Both the position numbers and the translations under genes were made by a program. DNA of 59,183 nucleotides from a virus. Lineage: Duplodnaviria > Caudoviricetes. The notes beneath the pieces were generated by a model that was not told where the DNA came from, searched no databases, and worked only from the letters and a program-made list of their open reading frames with translations. This document shows positions 45,774 to 53,668 of this stretch, one piece after another. Location: positions 1-59,183 of IMG/VR virus record IMGVR_UViG_3300049489_000417. One strand, written 5' to 3'. Each line of letters starts with the position of its first letter. Position 1 is the stretch's first letter.

Positions 45774-45893
45774 ATGAGCAACTGCACATACGTAGCAACA
45801 GCGATGAACATTATCTTCTCCATGCATCTGGAGTTAATACTGTACTTCGCGTTCTCGGCTGCTGTCGTTAAGATAGTAAACCGCATTTTCTAA
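45774..45893 (+). CDS. 39-aa hydrophobic peptide
   Basis: GGAGG RBS; single TM-like stretch. Confidence 0.45.
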   Translation: MSNCTYVATAMNIIFSMHLELILYFAFSAAVVKIVNRIF

Positions 45894-45912
45894 GCCTGAA
45901 AAGGAGAGAAGC

Positions 45913-46167
45913 ATGTCTGAATCACGCAAAATCGGTCGAGGAAAACGTTCCCCGGCTCGTCAGAAGTACAAGAACACCATGCAGCGTGACCGCAACAAGC
46001 GGTTGAACGTCGAAGCCGAAGGCAAGCGTAAGGCGAAATACGCAGAACGCCGAAAGAACTTCCCCCGACTCCGTGGATCCTCCCGCCGAGCTCGGCGAGC
46101 GGGCATCCCGCGCCAAGGAACCGACGCACGAACGGCTTGGGACCTTGCCCACAAGGCTGGCGACTAA
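45913..46167 (+). CDS. very basic Arg/Lys-rich protein (nucleic-acid binding?)
   Basis: AAGGAGAG RBS; 84 aa. Confidence 0.75.
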   Translation: MSESRKIGRGKRSPARQKYKNTMQRDRNKRLNVEAEGKRKAKYAERRKNFPRLRGSSRRARRAGIPRQGTDARTAWDLAHKAGD

Positions 46168-46238
46168 GCCTATTCCTACTAATCTACATAGAGATTAGTA
46201 GGAATTAGTAGTCCAGGTAGTAACACACAGTAAGCCCA

Positions 46239-46840
46239 CCACCGAAAAATGCACTGGTAGTCAATATTACGGTTGAAATCCGTTGCCTATCTGGTAAGGC
46301 GTAACAGTGCAATCGAAAGACGGTAAACAACATTGGTAAAAGCAGCAACAAGTGCTACTCGAGAGAGTAAAAGCTAGACTACGATCTAGATACCAAAGGA
46401 TTAATGTTGGGTGAATCTCCTCAAAGTCGGCGAACGCTTCACATAGCATCAACGTATCCCCATAACTACAGGTCAAGGCTTGCAAGTGTGTGGGTAAGAG
46501 CGCAAGATAAAGTACCTTGCGGATGTATGCCAACGCCGAGCCAAGCCTGAAAACGCGAAAGCGGGTAACTGCGTAATTCACCTGAAATGGAAACTCAAAT
46601 CAGGACGTAAGTGCTTTCAGGAAGGTGTAGAGACTAGACGGGGAGTACCTAAAGCAGTACGAGGGATTAAGCAGAGGAATGAAACTTACGAAAGTATAGT
46701 GTCGGCTGCTAAACCAAAATAACTGGTTGCGTCGTTGAAAGCCAGAATACTGCAATGGTAAAGACATAGTCCAGACCACGAACACTGCATTTCCCATTCA
46801 CAAGGGTTTGGGTCAGTGGCAGCGAAAGCTGAAGTGGTAG
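46239..46840 (+). ncRNA. group I ribozyme (IC3-like core); 5' boundary uncertain
   Basis: P3 CTCCTC 46417-22/GGGGAG 46640-45; P4 GTCGGC 46426-31/GCCGAG 46535-40; GAAGGTGTAGAGACTAGACGG 46621-41; AAGACATAGTCC 46761-72 (P7 GACTA/TAGTC); P9 with GAAA loop; probable terminal G at 46840. Confidence 0.88.
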
Positions 46841-46863
46841 CTCTGGTTAGGGCAACGTACAAC

Positions 46864-46940
46864 GGGCTCGTAGCTCAGACGGTTAGAGCAAAGGACTCAT
46901 AATCCTTCGGTCCTTGGTTCGAATCCAAGCGGGCCCACCA
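46864..46940 (+). tRNA. tRNA-Ile2(CAT) (lysidine type; elongator Met not excluded)
   Basis: Full cloverleaf, GACT-CAT-AATC anticodon arm, TTCGAAT T-loop, ACCA end. Confidence 0.9.
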
Positions 46941-46964
46941 TCGATATTTACAAGGAGTAAACGC

Positions 46965-47345
46965 ATGAAACGACTCAACCAACGACAACAAGAACACCTC
47001 AACCGCAAGTTCTCAGAGCTGTGCGACCAATTCCTGGAACAGGAATACAAGAAACTGTCGACGTCCGGGGTGGTGGTGACCATGCCGATCGAAGTCCGAC
47101 TCTCAATCAGCCGCAATGGGTACACCTACGTTGATTACGACGCCAGCAAGGACAAGATCATCGCCAAAGCAGCCAAGACTACCCCGCAAGGCATGAAACT
47201 CGTGTCGACCGCAAAGAAACTCGCCGAACTTAGTGGCCGTATTAATGAACTCAAGGCCAAGTTCCGCGAGCGCATCCTGTTCTCTTCGAACGACTTCGAA
47301 GAGACCAACGCCTTGTTTGCCCAGTTCGTGGAGGCAATCAAATGA
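46965..47345 (+). CDS. hypothetical protein
   Basis: AAGGAG RBS before MKRLNQ. Confidence 0.8.
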   Translation: MKRLNQRQQEHLNRKFSELCDQFLEQEYKKLSTSGVVVTMPIEVRLSISRNGYTYVDYDASKDKIIAKAAKTTPQGMKLVSTAKKLAELSGRINELKAKFRERILFSSNDFEETNALFAQFVEAIK

Positions 47346-47648
47346 CAGCGCTCACCCTTGCCCTCCTCGAGCAAATCGCCTCGGGACCAACAAAGGGTGA
47401 AAAAAGCCAAACCCAAAGAACCCGAGCTGTGGAGTGTTCGCCAGGTCCTCATACACGCCGGCCTCAACCCGTGCATGTCCCAGGTCCGCAAGATGCAGAT
47501 CATCAAGGAGCTGGGGGTCACACCCAAGGTGACCACCGGCGTTCAACGGACGTGGATGCGCTTCGAGCCGAACCACGTAATCCCCAAGATCAAGCTCTGG
47601 CAAGCCTCGCAGAAGGAAAAGGCCGCGAAAGCCTTGCGTAGAGCCTGA
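47342..47648 (+). CDS. basic hypothetical protein with apparent +1 frameshift near 47396
   Basis: MTALTLALLEQIASGPTK joins VKKAKPKEPELW...; codon bias switches frame at AAGGGTG. Confidence 0.6.
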
Positions 47649-47788
47649 TTCCATCTGTCATACAAAGTGGTCACTGCCTAATTTTTAGTCAGTAAGCATT
47701 TGCTTATATTGCATGACATATAAGAATTCGTAGCTGCCTAAATTTTAGGCATGCTGCACCGCAATAAGTGTCGAAAATCCGGAAAAGC

Positions 47789-48209
47789 GGTCACCCTGGC
47801 AACATTTTAGTAGTCGTGTAACACTTTGAAGTGTAACAGCCTCAAAGCCAGTACTGGCAAGGGCGCCAGAGACGCTGACCCCCTAAAAAACAGGGTGTTA
47901 CACTTTTTTTTATTTTCAAACAAGAATATTGAATATCTAACTTTTTAGCGTGTTTTCTAACTTGTAAAAAACATGCTGAACTCGGTTTTCAAAGTGTAAC
48001 AAGTGTTACTAAATCGCTAAAACCCTTGCCACCACTGGGCCGGAGCCTGTTCCACTTCGAGGTGCTTTTGTAACCTTTTCTGTTGCCAGGGTGACCACCT
48101 TGCTTTCGAACCCCTTCGAAACCCTTGGCATTACAGCGTTTCACTGTTACACTTTGAAGTGGTCACCCTCTCATAAAACACTTACCACTCAGACCAAGTG
48201 GTCACCCAA
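47789..48209. other. probable replication origin: large imperfect inverted repeat, AT-rich core, iterated motifs
   Basis: Arms 47789-47863 and 48023-48096; repeated GTGTAACA/TGTTACAC and GTGGTCACCC; upstream of primase-helicase. Confidence 0.65.
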
Positions 48210-48225
48210 ACAGCGAGGTAGTAGC

Positions 48226-48474
48226 ATGCCGATCAAAGAAGGGAACCTTATACTGCGTTGCGTCATATCCAAAGAGGATATGGACCTGCTTCTAGGCCTT
48301 CACCCGTCGAGAAAACCGAGCCTGTGCCTCAAACAACTCTTGCGCACTGCTGCAGAGCACAATCAGTTTCTGGCTACCAAGGAAGTTGCCCGGAACAGGG
48401 CACTCAAGAAGCGCCTTCGCGAGCAAGTGCTCGCAATGGCCGACACATTAAACGAGCTGGGAGAGCGGGAATGA
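48226..48474 (+). CDS. small protein, possibly ribbon-helix-helix DNA binder
   Basis: GAGG RBS before MPIKEG; strand-helix-helix pattern. Confidence 0.6.
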   Translation: MPIKEGNLILRCVISKEDMDLLLGLHPSRKPSLCLKQLLRTAAEHNQFLATKEVARNRALKKRLREQVLAMADTLNELGERE

Positions 48475-48728
48475 ACGTCCTACACACTACCCTGCTCAGC
48501 GGCTTCCTGGCCGGCATGAACGCCTTCTTCGCTGTACAAGGCGGCGATTGGTGGTGGATGAACGCCATAGCAAGCGTAACCCTGCTCGTAGTCGGCTACC
48601 AAGGAGCCATGCTCAGAACCCAGAGCCTGTCTCAGGCTGTATCACTCTATATCACGGCGATTCTCGCCGCCCACGGGATAAAAAACACTGATCTCCCCCA
48701 CGAAAAAAAGGAGTTGCGGACCCCCTGA
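48471..48728 (+). CDS. two-TM membrane protein
   Basis: ATGA coupling; hydrophobic segments. Confidence 0.7.
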   Translation: MNVLHTTLLSGFLAGMNAFFAVQGGDWWWMNAIASVTLLVVGYQGAMLRTQSLSQAVSLYITAILAAHGIKNTDLPHEKKELRTP

Positions 48729-48742
48729 CAACGGCCTAGACT
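48714..48742 (+). promoter_or_regulatory. sigma70-like promoter for primase-helicase
   Basis: TTGCGG-17 bp-TAGACT with upstream A-tract. Confidence 0.55.
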
Positions 48743-48767
48743 TCACGCCTCAGACAAGGCCCAGACC

Positions 48768-51038
48768 ATGAACATCTACTTCCTGGAAGCAAAAGTACCC
48801 CTCACAAAGACTTTCAGACCAGATGGCACCTCAGACCAATACCCGCTTATCTCGAAGTTCACATCCTCGGAAGTCAGTGTCGCCTCTATCGAGGACCTCT
48901 ACGACGCCCTTGTAGCCCACAGCCAGAAGGGCCACTGTCTGCTCAAAGGCGCCCTCTCGCGCCCCCTTGTAAACGAGTCCCGCGCAGGGGCCACAGACCC
49001 TGACGCCCCCACGCAGTGGATCTGCATCGACATTGATGGCCTAACCGCCTACAAGGACCTGGACGCATGGATATCGACCACCCCGTTAGCAGACGTCTCT
49101 CATATAGTGAACTGGTCAGCGTCTTCTGGCCTGAAACCCGGCATTCGAGCCCACGTCCTCGTCTTGCTAGCTGCATTCGCCTCCCCAGCCACCATCAAGG
49201 CCTGGCTCAAATCTCTAAACCTTGGCGACGCCAATATCTCTGGGCAATTAGGCCTTACACGGGCCAAGGCCGTCATCAAGTGGGTCATAGACCCGACAGT
49301 GGCACAGAATGACAAGCTTATCTACACAACCGCTCCCGTTCTCATACCACCGCTGGCCGACCCTCACCCGGGGCTTTCCAGGTACGTACTCAATCTACGT
49401 ACCCAGCCATCGCTTACCCTGCCACCGATTGATGTTGAGAGCGTTCGCGCCGCAGAAACTAAGAAAACCAACGAACTGAGGGCCCTGGAAGGGCTCCCAG
49501 CCAAGAGGACTCACTCCTATGTACGTGCTGGCCAAGTTGAATACCTCTCAAAGCCTGGCGTCACGGCGGAAGTCACGGGCGTTAAAAAAGATAGGGGTTA
49601 CACCTATCTTAACCTTAACGGCGGTGATTCGTGGGGATACTATCATCCGGACAACGTCGTCGAGTTCCTTTATAACTTTAAGGGCGAACCGACCTATAAG
49701 CTTAAGGAAATTTGCCCCGACTACTACTCCACCGCGGTTAGTGAGCTTCAATCGACCCCGGACAAAACGGGCCGTGTCTTTTTGGCTTTTAGAGAGTTTC
49801 GAACCGGTCAATATTGGAATGGAGTCTTTGTCGCAGATAATAATTCGCTTAGTCTCGCGGCGGCCCGCAGTACTCAGCAGCTTGACCACTTCATGGCCCA
49901 GTATCAGGCCCCATGGGACGGCGTACCTAAAGACTGGTCTATCGAGTATGCCCCATCCAAGGCTAAGCGCGTGGACTTTGACCAACGAATAGTCAACACA
50001 TACGAAGCCCCTGGTCACGCCTACGATCCCAACACTCAATACACGCTTCCGCCCATAACCAAAAAGGTCATAGAACATGTTTGTGGCGACGTCCAGATTG
50101 CACAAATTTTCATTAATTGGCTCGCGTACATCGTCCAGACTAAACAGCGCCCTTCGACAGCATGGCTTTTCCACGGCACCCAAGGTACTGGTAAGGGTCT
50201 TCTTGCCAACTTCGTATTGCCTGCCCTCCTTGGCAGGGCAAATACGGCTCTACGACGCCAATCTGAACTGGAGGAGCGGTTCAACAGCTATCTCGAAGGA
50301 AAAATGGTCGTTGTGGTGGACGAAGTGCAGATGGGTGCACTATCCGGCGCTAAGCGAATCAACTCAGATATCAAAAATTACATCACAGAAGACACAATCA
50401 CCATTCGTCGTATGCGTGTGGACGGGTACTCGATTCCTAACACTTGTTCGCTAATCTTCTGTTCGAACATGCCAGATCCGGTCATCCTCGATGAGACTGA
50501 CCGGCGCATGCACATGGGCGCCTACCAGCCTAACAAGCTGCAGATCACACAAGCTGAAGTAGTCCAGCTCGAGAAAGAAGCTGAGCAACTTAACGGCTAT
50601 TTGCTGCAGTTCGCAGTAGATCCCGACAAAGCTCGATACCCACAATGGACTGAAGCCAAGAAAAATGTACTCGATCTGTCTCTATCCGGCCCTGAGGTTC
50701 TCGCTCGGGCCATTAAAGCAGGGGATTTCGCATACTTTGTTGATCAGCTACCCGATACAAGGCTTCAAACAACAATCAACCGCGAAGTCCAACTTAAAAA
50801 TTACGAGGCAACCCTGCGTGGCATTGCCAGGCGCGGAAATCATCTTACACGTGACGAGGCCCATACACTCTTCGTATGGACGCAGGGTACTGGCGAGGCC
50901 AGTACAACGAAGTTTGCAACATATCTTAAGCACCTTCGACTCGAGCTCAAGAAAATCCGTATTGACGGCCAGGTTGTTACGGCGATTCCAGTCAACTGGA
51001 ACGTTCTAGAAGCCGACAAAGCGAGGCTGGGCATATGA
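48768..51038 (+). CDS. primase-helicase (prim-pol N-terminus, SF3/DUF5906 helicase)
   Basis: CIDID and RAHV primase motifs; HGTQGTGKG Walker A, VVVDE Walker B, FCSN, DRR. Confidence 0.9.
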   Translation: MNIYFLEAKVPLTKTFRPDGTSDQYPLISKFTSSEVSVASIEDLYDALVAHSQKGHCLLKGALSRPLVNESRAGATDPDAPTQWICIDIDGLTAYKDLDAWISTTPLADVSHIVNWSASSGLKPGIRAHVLVLLAAFASPATIKAWLKSLNLGDANISGQLGLTRAKAVIKWVIDPTVAQNDKLIYTTAPVLIPPLADPHPGLSRYVLNLRTQPSLTLPPIDVESVRAAETKKTNELRALEGLPAKRTHSYVRAGQVEYLSKPGVTAEVTGVKKDRGYTYLNLNGGDSWGYYHPDNVVEFLYNFKGEPTYKLKEICPDYYSTAVSELQSTPDKTGRVFLAFREFRTGQYWNGVFVADNNSLSLAAARSTQQLDHFMAQYQAPWDGVPKDWSIEYAPSKAKRVDFDQRIVNTYEAPGHAYDPNTQYTLPPITKKVIEHVCGDVQIAQIFINWLAYIVQTKQRPSTAWLFHGTQGTGKGLLANFVLPALLGRANTALRRQSELEERFNSYLEGKMVVVVDEVQMGALSGAKRINSDIKNYITEDTITIRRMRVDGYSIPNTCSLIFCSNMPDPVILDETDRRMHMGAYQPNKLQITQAEVVQLEKEAEQLNGYLLQFAVDPDKARYPQWTEAKKNVLDLSLSGPEVLARAIKAGDFAYFVDQLPDTRLQTTINREVQLKNYEATLRGIARRGNHLTRDEAHTLFVWTQGTGEASTTKFATYLKHLRLELKKIRIDGQVVTAIPVNWNVLEADKARLGI

Positions 51039-51307
51039 CCAACCCGTTCGTAGCTGTTCAAGGCTTCTTCATGGACGATGTGTCTAATGGACTGCATATC
51101 GAAGAGCTCTACGAGTCGGAAGGTTTAAACGCAATCCCACGCGTCCCCGTACATAACTTCACATGGGCATCGGAGTTAACTATATGGCAGTCATCTTTAA
51201 CCCGAACCACAAGTTCAAGTGCACCATCTGTAAACAACGAAAGCCCCGAAAAGGGGGAACTCAACCCGGCAGACCCTTCATCTGCCTCCAATGTAAAGAG
51301 GAAATAG
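51035..51307 (+). CDS. hypothetical protein
   Basis: ATGA coupling; 3' part overlaps next ORF. Confidence 0.45.
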   Translation: MTNPFVAVQGFFMDDVSNGLHIEELYESEGLNAIPRVPVHNFTWASELTIWQSSLTRTTSSSAPSVNNESPEKGELNPADPSSASNVKRK

Positions 51308-51375
51308 CAAATGGCAAAGATCACTCTCACCCGCGCGCTGGTGGAACTCAAGACCCTGGACGCAAGAATCAGTAA
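51184..51375 (+). CDS. small zinc-ribbon protein
   Basis: GGAG RBS; CTIC...CLQC. Confidence 0.55.
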   Translation: MAVIFNPNHKFKCTICKQRKPRKGGTQPGRPFICLQCKEEIANGKDHSHPRAGGTQDPGRKNQ

Positions 51376-51949
51376 CACGATCAGCCTTACCTGCTTCGTC
51401 GGTATCGTTAAAGGTACCGGCGACAAACAGGTAGTGGTCGGCAGTGCAGAGACCCCCGCGGCCCTCGAACAACGCATCCGCTCTGGCTTTCAAAGCCTGG
51501 ACGACCTCATCATCCGTCGCAACAAGATCAAAGCCGAACTAGTCCAGGCCAACGCAACCACGCCCGTGACCATCGCCGGCTGCACGTACACCATCGCCGG
51601 CGCTATCGAATACAAGCGTGCCATGGAGGTCGAGCGACAGATCGTTATGCACATGCGGGCACAGCTGGCCAAAGCCGAGCAGATTGTCCAACAGGGCAAC
51701 ACCAAGATGGAGACCGACATCGAGACTGCAGCCGTCGCCGCAGCTGGCGGGGACAAGAAGGCCGTAAGCACCGAGGTCTTCGAGATGGTCGCCGCGCCGC
51801 GTCGCGCCATGCACAAGCATGCGCTGCTCGACCCGGCCAATCTTCGCGAGAGCATCGAGCAGCGCGTGAAGCTCATCGAGGCCTTCGCGGCTGAGTGCGA
51901 CGTCGCACTGTCGGAAGTCAATGCACGCACCGAGATCGAGGTGAACTAA
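51311..51949 (+). CDS. long helical-hairpin/coiled-coil protein (resembles DIP1984/DUF6847-type family)
   Basis: TLTRALVELKTLDARI...ANATT.VTIAG..YTIAGAIEYK...LLDP...DVALSEVNARTEI. Confidence 0.8.
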   Translation: MAKITLTRALVELKTLDARISNTISLTCFVGIVKGTGDKQVVVGSAETPAALEQRIRSGFQSLDDLIIRRNKIKAELVQANATTPVTIAGCTYTIAGAIEYKRAMEVERQIVMHMRAQLAKAEQIVQQGNTKMETDIETAAVAAAGGDKKAVSTEVFEMVAAPRRAMHKHALLDPANLRESIEQRVKLIEAFAAECDVALSEVNARTEIEVN

Positions 51950-51950
51950 T

Positions 51951-52268
51951 ATGGCCCAGGTCACTCGCTATATCCACCTCCGCTTCAAGGACAGCGACGG
52001 GCGCCCTACTTCCCGAGGTGGGCTAACAGTCGCCTATCTCATCGATACCGAACTGGACTCTGTGATCCGGTGGTCAGCTGCCCGCTGTTCTTCAAACGAC
52101 AACTTCTGCAAGAGTACCGGGCGGACGATCTCACAAGGCCGGTTGCACAGCCCACGACTTAGTCGTACGATCTCGCCTTTGGCTGAGAAACTGTTTGTGA
52201 AACTGATGCACGAGACTCCGGTCAATCAGCTCTTCATCAACAGTCGGCCGATAGTGTTTATTCGCTAA
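51951..52268 (+). CDS. conserved phage protein
   Basis: GGLTVAY...ARCSSNDNFCKSTGR.I..GR motif. Confidence 0.8.
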   Translation: MAQVTRYIHLRFKDSDGRPTSRGGLTVAYLIDTELDSVIRWSAARCSSNDNFCKSTGRTISQGRLHSPRLSRTISPLAEKLFVKLMHETPVNQLFINSRPIVFIR

Positions 52269-52339
52269 TGTAGCTCAGTTGGTAGAGCAACCGCCTTGTA
52301 AGCGGTAGGCCAGTGGTTCGACCCCACTCATTAGCACCA
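52264..52339 (+). tRNA. tRNA-Thr(TGT)
   Basis: Full cloverleaf, ACCGC-CTTGTAA-GCGGT, ACCA end. Confidence 0.95.
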
Positions 52340-52347
52340 GTTTCAGA

Positions 52348-52423
52348 CGCGGGGTAGCGCAGTTGGAAGCGCGCCTGGCTCATACCCAGGAGGCCGTAGG
52401 TTCGAGTCCTACCCCCGCATCCA
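52348..52423 (+). tRNA. initiator-type tRNA-fMet(CAT)
   Basis: CGCGGGG acceptor with C1xA72 mismatch, CAT anticodon, CCA end. Confidence 0.92.
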
Positions 52424-52430
52424 GTTTTAC

Positions 52431-52508
52431 GACCGCCAATGTTCCAAGGCTCGGCGAGTTGGACTCCAAATCCGACTGTGTGGGGTTCGATTCCCTGGGT
52501 GGTCGCCA
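52431..52508 (+). tRNA. tRNA-Trp(CCA), atypical D arm
   Basis: GACCGCC/GGTGGTC acceptor, TTGGA-CTCCAAA-TCCGA, GCCA end. Confidence 0.85.
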
Positions 52509-52515
52509 CGTTTTT

Positions 52516-52877
52516 GAGTCTCATCAGCAGCGAACAAGTGAGAACTCTCAGCCCGTTCCTGGCCCGGGTTAAGCCAGGAAATTTGACTAGCTCAATGGTA
52601 GAGCGACACCCTGCTAAGGTGTATGTATCAGGTTCAATTCCTGAGTCTATGACGATGACTGACAGTCCGCCCGGGAGAGGGGATAACCCGATGAACCCGG
52701 AGACTTAAAAGGTCAACAGTCAGCGCTCAACGGTCAACCATGAACAGTCAACTTGTAACGGTAACACACTGAGGTCTAAACACCCATCGCTCTTAAAATC
52801 CTGGGTTAACGTTTTTGTGGGTTAGCTCGACAAGACCCCCACTTGTACGCCAGGCTGCTGTTTGATGAGACTCACCA
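52516..52877 (+). ncRNA. candidate large structured RNA with tRNA-like domain and heptamer array
   Basis: Perfect terminal inverted repeat 52515-52526/52863-52874 ending ACCA; further end pairings; tRNA-like D/AC/T arms 52585-52647; 7-nt repeats 52711-52765. Confidence 0.75.
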
Positions 52878-52890
52878 CACACTACACCCT

Positions 52891-53091
52891 ATGCCAGATA
52901 CCCGATTCCATGCAGAGTTCTACATCGACAAACAAGGATACCTCACAGGTCGTGTCCGCTTTCCTAAAGACGACAGCGCAACACTGGAAGCTCTCAACGC
53001 CATCATCGATGAGTACGCCAAACGACTCGAAACAAGCCACCACGACGTGATGAACCTCATACGGAGGCAGCACAATGAGTCAGAAAGTTGA
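52891..53091 (+). CDS. hypothetical protein
   Basis: Start MPDTRF right after the RNA element. Confidence 0.6.
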   Translation: MPDTRFHAEFYIDKQGYLTGRVRFPKDDSATLEALNAIIDEYAKRLETSHHDVMNLIRRQHNESES

Positions 53092-53236
53092 AGACTTGCA
53101 GAAGCAGATCGACCTTCTACGTGGCGGTCTCGAATACCTCGCTACCGAAGGTAACAGAGAAGACGCGGATCCTATGTACCTGGTTGAGATGGCAGAACAT
53201 ATCCTTGAAGAGCATAACGAACTCAAAAGGAATTGA
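53075..53236 (+). CDS. 53-aa acidic helical protein
   Basis: GGAGG RBS; MSQKVEDLQKQIDLL... Confidence 0.6.
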   Translation: MSQKVEDLQKQIDLLRGGLEYLATEGNREDADPMYLVEMAEHILEEHNELKRN

Positions 53237-53311
53237 AATGAAAACATCCGAACCGCATGGCTTGATGCTTAACGCACGCGCCGCCATCGCAAAGGCACGG
53301 GGGGAATAACC

Positions 53312-53668
53312 ATGAAAACATCTGGCTTGATCGGCCCCGCCCTTGATTGGGCAGTGGCGAAGGCTTGCTATACGGACGGCAGAACAATTTACACAGATAC
53401 AGGCATCGTCCTTATACACACCGCACCGGATAGCGGCATTCATTTTCGCTTCTCCCCGTCAATCGACTGGTCCCAAGGTGGCCCGATCATTGAGCGGGAG
53501 AAGATCAACATCCGTGATGAAGTCACATGTTGGAGTAGTTGGATGTGGGACTCAAATCGATGTGGTGATGTTTCTTATTACGGCCCTACCCCACTCATTG
53601 CAGCCATGCGCTGTTACGTTGCGTCCAAGTTGGGCGACGAGGTTGATGTACCGGAGGAACTGACATGA
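53312..53668 (+). CDS. NinX/DUF2591-family phage protein
   Basis: LDWAVAKA, FSPSIDWSQGGPIIERE, GPTPLIAAMRCYVASKLG. Confidence 0.88.
   Translation: MKTSGLIGPALDWAVAKACYTDGRTIYTDTGIVLIHTAPDSGIHFRFSPSIDWSQGGPIIEREKINIRDEVTCWSSWMWDSNRCGDVSYYGPTPLIAAMRCYVASKLGDEVDVPEELT

Noticed and set aside
46200-46860. GOLLD/ROOL-type giant RNA
   Set aside because: Size and tRNA context fit, but the sequence has clear group I P3-P7 core motifs
52581-52655. Functional tRNA-Ser(GCT)
   Set aside because: Acceptor stem only 3 bp, no CCA, no long variable arm; treated as a domain of the larger RNA
52516-52877. tmRNA
   Set aside because: Similar size and ACCA end, but no T arm next to the 3' acceptor strand, no G3-U70 alanine pair and no evident tag ORF
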